Notes under the pieces: generated by a model | Database searches by the model: none | Seen by the model: only the letters and a program-made list of their open reading frames with translations | What the model was told of the DNA's origin: nothing | Position numbers and translations under genes: made by a program | NCBI GenBank assembly: GCA_951406725.2 | Contig: OX597838.1 | Location: 31,434,001 to 31,498,000, forward strand | DNA: 64,000 bases | From: Octopus vulgaris | Taxonomy: Eukaryota | Direction of reading: 5' to 3' | In this document: one piece after another, positions 45,559 through 56,114 of the stretch | Layout of the letters: every line of letters starts with the position of its first letter | How positions within the stretch are numbered: position 1 is the stretch's first letter

Positions 45559-45830
45559 ATCCCTGGCATCAAAATCTCATCCCCTCTCCTCCCAGGAATC
45601 TGAATCTAGATTAGTGAATGAAAAGACTATTGGAGCTTCTTGGTAGTTTGACATGCTGGTAAGAGCTGTTAAATCTCCCTCAAATCATATTCTAATCCCT
45701 GGCATCAAAATCTCATCCCCTCTCCTCCCAGGAATCTGAATCTAGATGAGTCAATGAAAGGACTATTGGAGCTTCTTGGTAGTTTGACATGCTGGTAAGA
45801 GCTGTTAAATCTCCCTCAAATCATATTCTA
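45559..45830. repeat. 136-bp tandem duplication
   Basis: 45559-45694 and 45695-45830, with about 3 substitutions. Confidence 0.9.
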
Positions 45831-48188
45831 CAATTTTTTAATAATGAAGGACAACAGAGATGTGACAGTCACAACGAGGGTACTTTTGATCATAGAACTG
45901 CTTGAATCAGCGCTGACCTTAAAGCTGAAGAACAAAGACTGGAAAAACATTGAATAGTGTAGGCTTAGCAGTAAACAGCAGAGGATTGTCATGAGCAAAA
46001 GAGCTACAATCAGGGCTGACCTGATGATAAAAAGAACAACAACCTAAATCTTATGTAACAAAATAGTGTTATTGCTGAGGAATCAAAGGGTAATTGTTAA
46101 TTCTTAGAACTGCAAATTTCATGTCCCTTTTGGCTTTGTACAGGGAAGAGAGAGAACCCTAATGCTGCCACATATTTGAGAACTACTGCCATCTTGAATC
46201 TATTTCAAGCTGAAAAGGTGGCAATGGTTTTGAGTGAGTCTCTTTGATTCCTGTTCTTTGTTCTTCTTGGTTATGACTTGGTGAAAGAAGGAAGACAAGT
46301 GCACATATCTTTTTGCATACTTATACATACATGCAATGATCTTACAATGATGGGAAGATGATTTAGTAAAATGATCTGGGCCAAGATGTATAAGAAAGAA
46401 TTGGCAGCACATTGTGACCATGATGTCGAAGAACATCTGATGGTGTGGTATGTATCACCTGTGTGATACATACCACACACTTACACATATGTCTATGATT
46501 AATGGGGGGGGGAAGAAGCTCTATTACTAACCTGTAAGCATGCAGCTGCCATCACTGTCTCCCTTCCATTACTCCCTCTTCTACCACTGCATTCCAGTCA
46601 CTCTGTCTCTTCCATCATACTCCCTCTTTTTTCATCTTTACACTCCAATTCTTCATCTATCATCCCTCTCTTTCTCTCTCTCATTCATCCTTGTTAAGTA
46701 ACCTTCAATAAATAGAGACAAACATAGAACAATTAGGACTTATGAGTCTTGTGGGGGAACAAGACAACCTCAATGATGTTTGTGCCACAATACGATACAT
46801 TCAATAAAGCAGTGGTCAAGTAAACTAGCAAGGGGGGCTGTTTAGTCTTGCTGGGAGTGGGACAAGCTCTCTAGAGCTGGTTCGTTAGATAAAATGCTTT
46901 ATGTTGTATGGTGTTCAGAAGAGCATCCAACCACAGATGGAAGTCATGCTAAAAATGGATATGTGTGAGATGTGATCCTTCAACCATGTAGGCAGGCTAA
47001 TAAGAACTGACACAGTCTGGGAAGACCCTTCTAACTTGGCTGTCTGTGGAAAGTCATCAGTTCATGTAAAACACTCAGAATTTGTGAAATCATCATCATC
47101 ATCATCATCGTCTAACGTCCATCTTCCATGCTGGCATGGGTTGAACAGTTTGTCAGGACCTGGTAAGGCCAGGAGCCACAACAGGCCTCATTGTCTGCTT
47201 TGACATGGTTTCTATGGCTAGATGCCCTATCTAATTCCAGCCACTTTACAAAGTGTACTGGGTGCCATGTAAAAAGCTTTTTACACGGCACCAGCCTTTA
47301 TAATAAATTCCAGCACAAAGAAAAGTTATGTAAATGCATTCTTTAATAAAACTGCTTTCATTTTCGTTTGCTTTTAAAATTGTTGTTATTGTTTAACCAC
47401 AGGCCAGTCCTGATAAAGGACACTTATGGTCTTATGAAAAGATATTCCAATGTTCTTTTTTTCAGACATCATATGCCTCAGACTACATCATCCAATAAAC
47501 CTGAGATTACTTTGTCCACTTTGAATGTAGATATAGTGGTTATAGAAAATTTTGCCGTAAACATTTTTGTATTAGAAAAATTCACCATGAATGTAAAGCT
47601 AAAAAAAAAGAAGAAATCGATACATGTTTTGGGGACACAGTGAACACAGTTGTTTCGTGTGTTCACCATCTGTTTGTATTGGAGCTTCTGGCACCAATGC
47701 TAAGAAGTGCAGCATGTCATTTCCAAATTTCAGGTAGAGTGAATTGCATCATGGTACTGTTTTTCATAGACAGTGCCCAACTGACCCTACTATACTGTGT
47801 AGTCAACAAAATCAAAAACAAGAAATATGCATGCGCGAAATTAAAAATATAAAATGCAGACAATTTACTCATCGCGCTCTGTATATATAAATAAAGGCAC
47901 ATAGCTCAGTGGTTAAGCATGTTGCACTCACAATGGTAAGATTGTAGCTGCAATTACCAGACTGGCTGCACCTTGTGTTCTTGAGAAAAGCACTTCATTT
48001 CACATTGCTCCAGTCCACTCAGCTGCAAACGGATAATCCTGTGATGGACAAGTCATCTGACTGAAGGGAATGTTGGCCTGCTCATAACTAACCAGCTGGG
48101 TGCTATGATTCAAAAACCAAAGTGATGCAAAGGGCATTGTGACCAGCAATGCATAACAAAATCTGACAGTCTAGTTGATCATGTGATA

Positions 48189-48586
48189 TCTTTATATATA
48201 AAAGTGAGGTTGTGTGCTGTCTGTCTCCTACGATTTAGATTCCTAACTACTCTCACATTTTGCGGTGCAGTTTAACCAAAACCGGGTATCTTATAGTCGT
48301 GATTCATATCGAGCCCTTCTGGGTATTAGCGCGTGTCTACGATGATTCTACGATTTAAAAAAAAATTTACCATCAATTTTTCCCATTTTTAATGCATTTT
48401 TGGCATATATAAGGGAAGTAACTCACTAAAAATTTATTATTAAATCTCAGAACGTAAAAAGCTACAGTAACACCCCCACCCTTTGTGGTTAACCATATTG
48501 AGATGGCTATTATACTTTACATCTCTAAAAATGCTTATATAGTTATTTCCCTTACAAACCCGAGCAACGCCGGGTGATACTGCTAG
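48189..48586 (+). mobile_element. Non-autonomous Helitron
   Basis: A|TCTTTATATATAAAAG 5' end followed by TGTCTGTC; subterminal hairpin CCCG(A)GC-AAC-GCCGGG at 48559-48574; CTAG|T 3' end; inserted between A and T with no TSD. Confidence 0.8.
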
Positions 48587-48781
48587 TATATATATATATA
48601 TATATATGCTTTCGGTGCGAATGGTTTTTTTTTATACAGTGCCGTATTTTACAATCCTGTAAATAATAATAATGATATTTTTTATATAAGCTTAAAGCTT
48701 ATGGCAATCCCCGTGCAATGACTAAGAGAAATAGCCTAATAAAGGGGCATATAAACCCTCAACAGAAAAGAAGAAGGCTTT

Positions 48782-48858
48782 CCTATCCGTGTGGGATTCG
48801 AACCCACATCCTTTTGTTAACGCAACTAAGTGTGTTACCTTTACACCAGCAAATTAGC
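48782..48858 (-). ncRNA. tRNA-like Pol III cassette (pseudo-tRNA)
   Basis: A box TGGTGTAAAGG; D stem GTGT/ACAC; T arm GTGGG-TTCGAAT-CCCAC with a perfect B box; irregular anticodon arm and bulged acceptor stem; T4 run downstream. Confidence 0.55.
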
Positions 48859-49184
48859 CTTCCTCTTTCTGTCAAATTTAAGAACTATATTAGTTCTTAT
48901 TTGCTTAATGTCAACAAACTTTCTAAATGCTTTCAGTACGAATGTTTTTTTTTAAATGGCGCCAAGGGCTTATATGCCCCTTTATTAGACTACTTTCCTT
49001 AGTCATTGCACGGTGATTGCCATAACTATTAACCTTATATAAAAAATACCATTATTATTATTTACAGGATTGTAAAATATGGCACCGTATAAAAAAACCA
49101 TTCACATTGAAAGCATAAAGAAAGTTTGTTTACTTAGAACAAATACGAACTAATATAATTCTTAAATTTGACAGAAACGGGGAG

Positions 49185-49261
49185 GCTAATTCGCTGGTGT
49201 AAAGGTAACACACTTAGTCATGTTAACAAAGGGATGTGAGTTCGAGTCCCACATGGATAGG
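49185..49261 (+). ncRNA. tRNA-like Pol III cassette (pseudo-tRNA), second copy
   Basis: A box TGGTGTAAAGG; B box GAGTTCGAGTCC; T6 terminator at 49271-49276. Confidence 0.5.
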
Positions 49262-49380
49262 AAAGCCTTCTTTTTTCTGTCGAGGACTTATTTGCCCCTT
49301 TATTAGACTATTTTCCTTAGTCATTGCACAGTTATCGCCATAAGCTTTAAGCTTATATAAAATATATATATATATATATA

Positions 49381-50957
49381 CTAGCATTATGATCCGGCGT
49401 TGCCGGGTCAGAGTGCTAGTGCATGTATATATGTGTACATCTCTATATATACATCTACATATAAAATACAAAATACATAGTTATATCTTGATATCGCTAG
49501 TGATAACAATACTCAAAATATATAACAGACTGGAATTGTAGGCCCGTCTCTTGCAATTTCGATCAATTGTATCTTGTCCTCCCTCTTGTATAGAAGTGTG
49601 GCCTACAATCCAGCCTACCTCTACTTCTGGGGGGACATTTTTAATTTTTATCCGGGACGTCCTACGTCCCAGATATAAAGGTAAAAATAACATATTTCCA
49701 CTTTGCAAGGTTCGAGTCGAGTACTCCCTTGCACACTCCGTTGACTCGAACCTTGCTTCTATTGTGGCGAATTTACCGCCTCTGGTTAGATACTTGATAT
49801 CTTTCATAGTCACACCAAGACACTTTTCAATGGTGCTTTCCTCCAGGTGTTCAAATCTTTTTTTTTCTCTACATTGTATACTTTATAGACAATAGTCTTT
49901 TCTTTAATTTAATTTTTTATTTCGTTTGGTGGATTCACCATCTTTGTCGGTGATCAATCAAAATAGGTTTGTATTTCTTCCATTTTAATTTTAATGAGTT
50001 CACGCCCGCCGACAGCTGCAGCGAAATTCATTTTTGGACTTTCTTCTATCAAAGGCATTTTAACAAAAATGCTTCCGTATAAACGGTGAAAATATTGTCA
50101 ATTTCCCCAAACAGGGACACAATTCAATTTTTAAACATATAACCAAAGCTCCTTCTCCCAAAGGGGAAGGGTTACGGTTTACAATTATTTAACAAATGCA
50201 ACACGACAACGTTTCCCTTACGAGGAACCAACAAACGTGATAACAATAGTTAAACATTAATAATAATAACAACAAACCTTATGGTGAATCAAAAAGCAGT
50301 ACGCAGTTGAAGCTATAGTCCTTTATGGATCAGAAATAAACCAACAGCAGTACTCAGTAGAAGCGTCTGTTCGAGAAAACAGACATTACAGCCAAACTTC
50401 ATATAGATACTTAATGCTAGCTAATTAGCAGATAATCTAATGTAAAAGCCATGGTAAAGGGTATGTGCACAGATCCATCTGGACTATTCCATTTCTGCAC
50501 ACTAATTTTAATTTATTCCCATTCATGTGAAACCACTTATTCAAGTTCAAGTCATTGATGCAATTTAATACCAATTGCTATTTTTACTTTTAATTGTTAT
50601 GTTACGATTTAATTATTATATTATACTTTAGTTTGATTTTAATTATTACTTACTACTTATAATTCAATTGTTATTATTATCTCTAATTTTTATTGTTAAA
50701 GTGAAAGTGTCTGACATAAAATAGAGAAATGTTTTTATTTCACTTTTAACACGTAATACTGAAATAGTGGAGAAGATATGATATTGCTATGGGCTCGCCC
50801 TAGGCAAGAAGTTCAACATTTTTTTTTGCCCATGAAACTACATGGACCCTAAGTAATGCATGTGTAAAATTTGAATGAAATTGGTTGTGTAGTTCTCAAG
50901 TTTTAGGGAAACACACAAACAGACAGACACACATTCTCAGTTTTATATATATAGAGA
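49381..50957 (-). mobile_element. Non-autonomous Helitron carrying a LINE ORF1 fragment
   Basis: Minus-strand 5' end A|TCTCTATATATATAAAACTGAGAATGTGTGTCTGTCTG at 50957; 3' hairpin plus CTAG|T at 49381-49420, matching the terminus at 19120-19171. Confidence 0.65.
49481..50400 (-). pseudogene. Disrupted 5' UTR and ORF1 (gag-like) fragment of an L1/Tx1-type LINE
   Basis: ATG at 50058 gives MPLIEESPKMNFAAAVGG..., then with stops/frameshift ...LPLYLGRRTSRIKIKNVPPEVEVGWI. The FAAAV and IxNVPPEV motifs resemble L1/Tx1 ORF1 proteins (recognised by eye only). Confidence 0.55.
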
Positions 50958-51256
50958 TATTCATATATACAACAATCCTCTTTCAGTTTCCATCAATCAA
51001 ATCTATTCATAATGCTTTGGTTAGCTTGGGGCTATGGTAAAAAGAGACCTGCCCAAAGTAGCACACAGTAAGACTGGAGCCAAGACCATGCAGTTGGGAA
51101 GCAAAATTCATCACACTGCCACACCTGCCCCTATATCATGAAACTAATTCCTATCCACAACCATGAAAAAGTATTCATTTTTAAAAACAGTAATTTGTGA
51201 TTTGTAGAAGATTCAGTTGATATTTCTAACATTATTGGCTTCTTTTCAATAATTCA

Positions 51257-51457
51257 CTCTTTTACTTGTTTCAGTCATTTGACTGCGGCCATGCTGGAGC
51301 ACCGCCTTTAGTCGAGCAAATCGACCCCGGGACTTATTCTTTGTAAGCCCAGTGCTTATTCTATCGGTCTCTTTTGCCGAACCGCTAAGTTACAGGGACA
51401 TAAACACACCAGCATCGGTTGTCAAGCAATGCTAGGGGGACAAACACAGACACACAA

Positions 51458-51492
<35 letters not shown>

Positions 51493-51755
51493 CATATATA
51501 CGACAGGCTTCTTTCAGTTTCCGTCTACCAAATCCACTCACAAGGCATTGGTCGGCCTGGGGCTATAGCAGAAGATACTTGCCCAAGATGCCACGCAGTG
51601 GAACTGAACCTGGAACCATGAAATCCACTCTCAAGGCATTGGTCGGCCCGGGGCTATAGCAGAAGACACTTGCCCAAGATGCCACGCAGTGGGACTGAAC
51701 CCAGAACCATGTGGTTGGTTAGCAAGCTACTTACCACACAGCCACTCCTGCGCCT
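51257..51755 (-). mobile_element. Long tRNA-headed SINE (AGGCGCAGGAGTGGCTG head) with an internal 91-bp tandem duplication
   Basis: Near-identical to 53300-53692, 60688-61104 and 62811-63221; duplicated segment 51530-51620 / 51621-51711. Confidence 0.85.
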
Positions 51756-52182
51756 ATATTTGGAGTTTTTTGCTGGTTGTTTTTTGTTTTTTGTTTTTCT
51801 TTTGTTCCTGCAACAATTGCAGAGAGAGAGAGAACGAGTGATTGCATGCTAACATGGTACTTGCTGTGTTTTCTGGTTTTTGACCAATAACAATATTGAA
51901 GCATTCTTCATATTCCTTCACAAGATTTTGGTGACTTTCTAAAAATTAATTCAAGTCAATAACAACTTTAATTGAAATTTTTGCACACAAATTAATCAAT
52001 TGTATATCATGACCGTAGAATTGGCAGTGGCAGCACCATTGTCGTTACTGAGCCTTATAGATGAACCCTGAACAAGCAGATCTATGATCAGAGGCATTCC
52101 GGCTGTGACCATCATGTTGTTTTAGGGATATCTGGGACTACATTATCAAAAGTATTGTTTCCATTTTACAGACTGTACACAG

Positions 52183-52340
52183 CAGTGGGTCTTAACATTT
52201 CTGATATCTGGGCCAGATCTAAAAACCTAGGTCTTTTTAGAGGGCCTGCACTAAAAATGTATAACGCAAGTCAAAGAAAAACTTATATTTATAGAAGGAA
52301 ACGTGATGAGGGCCCTGGGGCCCACAGTTGAGAACTGCTG
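52183..52340. mobile_element. hAT MITE, same family as 2427-2786, inverted and without the nested SINE
   Basis: Degenerate TIRs CAGTGGGTCTTAAC / GTTGAGAACTGCTG; TSD GTACACAG / GTAAACTG; the interior is the reverse complement of the 2427 copy. Confidence 0.7.
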
Positions 52341-52768
52341 GTAAACTGTTATTTGAGTAAAGATTTGGATGTTGCTGTTTAATCCCTAGTTGGATGTATG
52401 ATCAAAAATGTTCCAACCATGACCATACCATTTGCATTATTCTGTATAAGCTTCTTATTTAAGATGGTAAAGTATTATTTGAAGGAATTTGACTGCTAGT
52501 TTTACCACTTCATGCTACCACATAGGGATCCCTTATTGCCAACGCTTATTAAGTAGTGGCTCATTATCATTATCATCATTTAACATCTGCTTTCCATGCT
52601 AGCATAGGTGAGACATTTGGACAGGAATTGGCAGGCCAGAGACATGCACCAGGTGCTAATTCTTTGTTTTGGCATAGTTTCTACAGTTGGATGTCTTTCC
52701 TAATGGCCAATCACTTTACTGAATGTACTAGGTGCTTTTTAAGTGGCACCAGCACAGGAGCCTTCTCA

Positions 52769-53002
52769 TGATGACGACAACGATGATGATGATGACGACG
52801 ATGATGATGATGATGATGACGATTATGACAATGGCGACGATGACAGCAAAGATGATGATGATGATGATGACGATGACGACAACGACAATGATGACAATGA
52901 TGATTATTATGATGATGACGGCAATGACAACAACAACAAGAATGACAAAGATGATTATTATGAAGTTGATAATGATGATGATGACAATGATGGTGATGAT
53001 AA
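52769..53002. repeat. Degenerate (GAT/GAC/AAT)n trinucleotide tract
   Basis: Directly visible. Confidence 0.9.
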
Positions 53003-53299
53003 CTGAGAAACAATGGCACATTTATTAAAAAATAAAAGCCAAAAATCTATGCGTATTCAGTGATGTGAAGCAGATAAGAGGGAACAAGAGATGGATGCCA
53101 TGCTAAATCTGTTCTCATACCTTGTTGTACTATTATTAGAAGGTGTGGTCAGCAACATATTTTTTGTTGTTGTTGTCCTTGGTCACTGATTCAGAAGACC
53201 TCAGAATAAAAAGCAAAAAGATGCAACCACCCCAGGTTGTTTTTCTTTTATTCAGGCATTGTGTATCTAGGACTGCATTGTCCGATGTATTCTTCCTCT

Positions 53300-53692
53300 G
53301 GCGCAGGAGCAGCTGTGTGGTAAGTAGCTTGCTTACCAACCACATGGTTCCGGGTTCAGTCCCACTGCGTGGCACTTTGGGCAAGTGTCTTCTACTATAG
53401 CCTCTGGGTGACCAAAGCCTTGTGAGTGGATTTGGTAGATGGAAACTTAAAAGAAGCCCATCGTATATATATATATATATGTGCGTGTGTTTGTGTTTGT
53501 CCCCCCAATATCGTTTGACAACCGATGCTGGTGTGTTCACGTCCCCGTAACTTAACGGTTCGGTAAAAGAGACCGATCGAATAAGTACTAGGCTTACAAA
53601 GAATAAGTCCTGGGGTCGATTTGCTCGACTAAAGGCGGTGCTCCAGCATGGCTGCAGTCAAATGACTGAAACAAGTAAAAAGAGTAAAGAGT
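53300..53692 (+). mobile_element. Long tRNA-headed SINE, same family
   Basis: Head GGCGCAGGAG..TGTGTGGTAAG..GGTTCAGTCCC; internal (TA)/(TG) tract; AAAGAGT-repeat tail. Confidence 0.85.
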
Positions 53693-54197
53693 ATTTGTAG
53701 ATTAACTAATGTGATTTTATGACAATATAGCTGCTATTTCTAGCAGATTCTACAACCAAGCAGTGGCTCCATTGTTAGCTTGTTAAGACAGCAGTCATTA
53801 TGTGCTCTGATGCCATTACAAAATGTAATTCTTCCTGAAGCGACTTTGGATACATTTTAAAAGTTAATATGTGTCATTCATGGAGTCGTCTTACAATGGC
53901 AGTTAATTAGATTCTGTCTTACTGACACAGTTATCTCAATGCAACCTTGTAGATATACGTCTGTCTGTCTGTCTGGGTGCCATTGTGTGTGTGTGTGGTG
54001 GGGGGGGGTGATAGGTTTAGTAGGTGTGGTCGTGTGGCTAAGAAGTTTGCTTCCCAACCACATGCTTTCCCATCGGCGTGTTTACGTGTTCAATCCTACT
54101 GTCCAGCACCTAGAATGTTTTCTGCTCCAGTCCCAAACCACCCCATCTTCAAATATTTATCTGGGTGTACAGATAAATATATATGTATATACATAGA

Positions 54198-54522
54198 TAC
54201 ATACATACATACATGCATACATACATACATACATACATACATACATGCATACATACATACATACATACATACATACATACATACATACATACATACATAC
54301 ATACATAAATACATACATACATAAATACATACATACATAAATAAATACATACATACATACATACATACATACATACATACATACATACATACATACATAC
54401 ATACATACATACATACATACATACATACATACATACATACATACATACATACATACATACATACATACATACATACATACATACATACACACATGCATAC
54501 ATACATACATACATACATACAT
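54198..54522. repeat. (ATAC)n tetranucleotide microsatellite
   Basis: Directly visible. Confidence 0.95.
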
Positions 54523-55084
54523 GTATGTGGTACAAAAATTTTTTTTTTTTTTAATGAAGACGAGGTATAAAAAAAACACAACAAACAGGGTGTATTACTT
54601 TGAGACTCAGGAAAATGATAGGAAATGGTAAGGTTTGATTTCAGGAAGCTGGACATCCTGAAAGAGATGGTGAAGGACTGACTACAACACGTGGTGAGAC
54701 AATGTACAAGCTAAGTGAACACAGAAAACAAAATTGAAATAATTCTTTCTGGTACAGCACAAAAGGTGTAAATTTTTGAGAGGAAATTCTAGTCAATGGC
54801 ATCTACTCCAGTCCTCAACAGGTACTTCTTTTATCAACCCTGAAAGGACAAAAGGTAAAGCCAACCTTGGCGGATGTTGCTGCTGTCCTTGTCGTTGATG
54901 AGGAGATGATGATGATGATGTTGATGATAAGAATGGCATCAGTAGCAGGGATCGTGTGTGAAGTGTATGTATTTATAGCAATGGCATTTCCTGGCTGAAT
55001 ACCAAGCATGTTTAGGATAGAGAAATGAGTGCATCGGATTTTAATATAAATCTTCGGTTTTTATACAAAATAATTGGAAACAGA

Positions 55085-55420
55085 GAAATTTTTAAAAAAA
55101 AGACTCCGCCGGTTACGACAACGAGGGTCCCAGCTGATACGATCAACGGAACAGCTTGCTCGTGAAATTAACGTGCAAATGGCTGAGCATTCCACAGACA
55201 CGTGTACCCTTAACATAGTTCTCGGGGATAATCAGCGTGACACAGAGAGTGACAAGGCTGATCCTTTGAAATACAAGTACAACTCATTTTTGCCAGCTGA
55301 GTGGACTGGAGCAACGTGAAATAAAGTGTCTTGCTCAAGGACACAACGCGTCGCCGGGAATCAAACTCACAACCTTACGATCATGAGCCGAATGCCCTAA
55401 CCACTAAGCCACGCGCCCTC
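55085..55420 (-). mobile_element. tRNA-derived SINE with a CORE/MIR-like segment
   Basis: Minus-strand head GGCGCGTGGCTTAGTGGTTAG...GTTTGATTCCC, then TGTGTCCTTGAGCAAGACACTT; relatives near 1548, 30270-30380, 47896 and 60320-60565. Confidence 0.8.
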
Positions 55421-55459
55421 ACCATAACAGAGAAATACTTGCCATATGTAAACCTGCTT

Positions 55460-55866
55460 CAATGCGAGCTTTGGTGTTGGAGAAGACTTTTACGGATTCC
55501 ATGGACAGCGAGGCTCACCAATGGAGAAGTTCTTCAGCAGATCAGGTCGAAAATGTCGCTAGAAGCTAGGATCACCAAGCATAGATTGGCATATTTCGGT
55601 CATATTATGCGGAGAAAATCCCTGGAGAAGGACATCATGCTCGGAATGGTCAGTGGCAAGAGAGGAAGAGGCTGACCAAGAACTCGCTGGCTTGACACCA
55701 TCACCGGAATGGACATAGCCAATCTGACACCGGAATGGACATAGCCAATCTGACACCGGAATGGACATAGCCAATCTGAAAGAAGCAGCCCAGGATAGAA
55801 CTGACTGGAGGACACTGATCCAACGAGTAACCGAGAGTCGACTTCGACTGAGCGGATAGATAGATA
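55460..55866 (+). mobile_element. 5'-truncated RTE-clade (BovB-like) LINE 3' end
   Basis: ELWCWRRLLRIPWTAR..RLAYFGHIMRRKSLEKDIMLGMVSGKRGRG*PRTRWLD..DRTDWRTLIQRVTESRLRLSG* followed by a (GATA)n tail; typical RTE C-terminus. Confidence 0.9.
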
Positions 55867-56053
55867 TAATTACCTCATAATTATCATCATCATCATCATT
55901 TAACATCCACTTTCCATGCTGATATGATTTGGATGGTTTAAGAGGGAACTGGCAAGCTCAGGGCTGTGTCAGGCTTCAGTTGTCTGTTTTGGCATTGTTT
56001 TAATGGCCGGATGCCCTTTCTAATGCCAACCCCTTTACAGAGAGTACTGGGTC

Positions 56054-56114
56054 AGTGATTGTCGTGCGCTGATGACGGGTCAAGACCCAGAAACTGCAGT
56101 CCGTGCGTATCACT
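56054..56114 (+). ncRNA. Minimal type I hammerhead ribozyme fold
   Basis: AGTGAT-TGT-CGTGCG-CTGATGA-C-GGGTC-AA-GACCC-A-GAAA-C-TGCA-G-TC-CGTGCG-T-ATCACT. Complete core (CUGAUGA, GAAA, GUC); stem I of 6+6 bp with an internal loop; stem II of 5 bp with a C.A mismatch at its base; short stem III with a palindromic loop. Confidence 0.8.

Larger units (their letters stand above)
48608..49365. repeat. Inverted array of a ~320-bp repeat unit containing a tRNA-like cassette
   Basis: Forward unit start recurs at 48608 and 48929; orientation flips near 48963; the reverse-side motif GCCCCTTTATTAGAC recurs at 48976 and 49294. Confidence 0.85.

Noticed and set aside
48782-49261. Functional tRNA genes (GTT anticodon-like)
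   Set aside because: The anticodon arm and acceptor stem are non-canonical, so they are reported only as tRNA-like cassettes.
52711-53028. Poly-His/Asp/Met/Ile ORFs (also 59343-59628)
   Set aside because: Trinucleotide microsatellites with no splice context or flanking protein similarity.
54096-54656. MYVC-repeat ORFs (also IYLS repeats at 58015-59067)
   Set aside because: Tetranucleotide microsatellite translations.
55702-55779. CRISPR-like array
   Set aside because: Repeats are contiguous with no spacers, in a eukaryotic LINE context with no cas genes.
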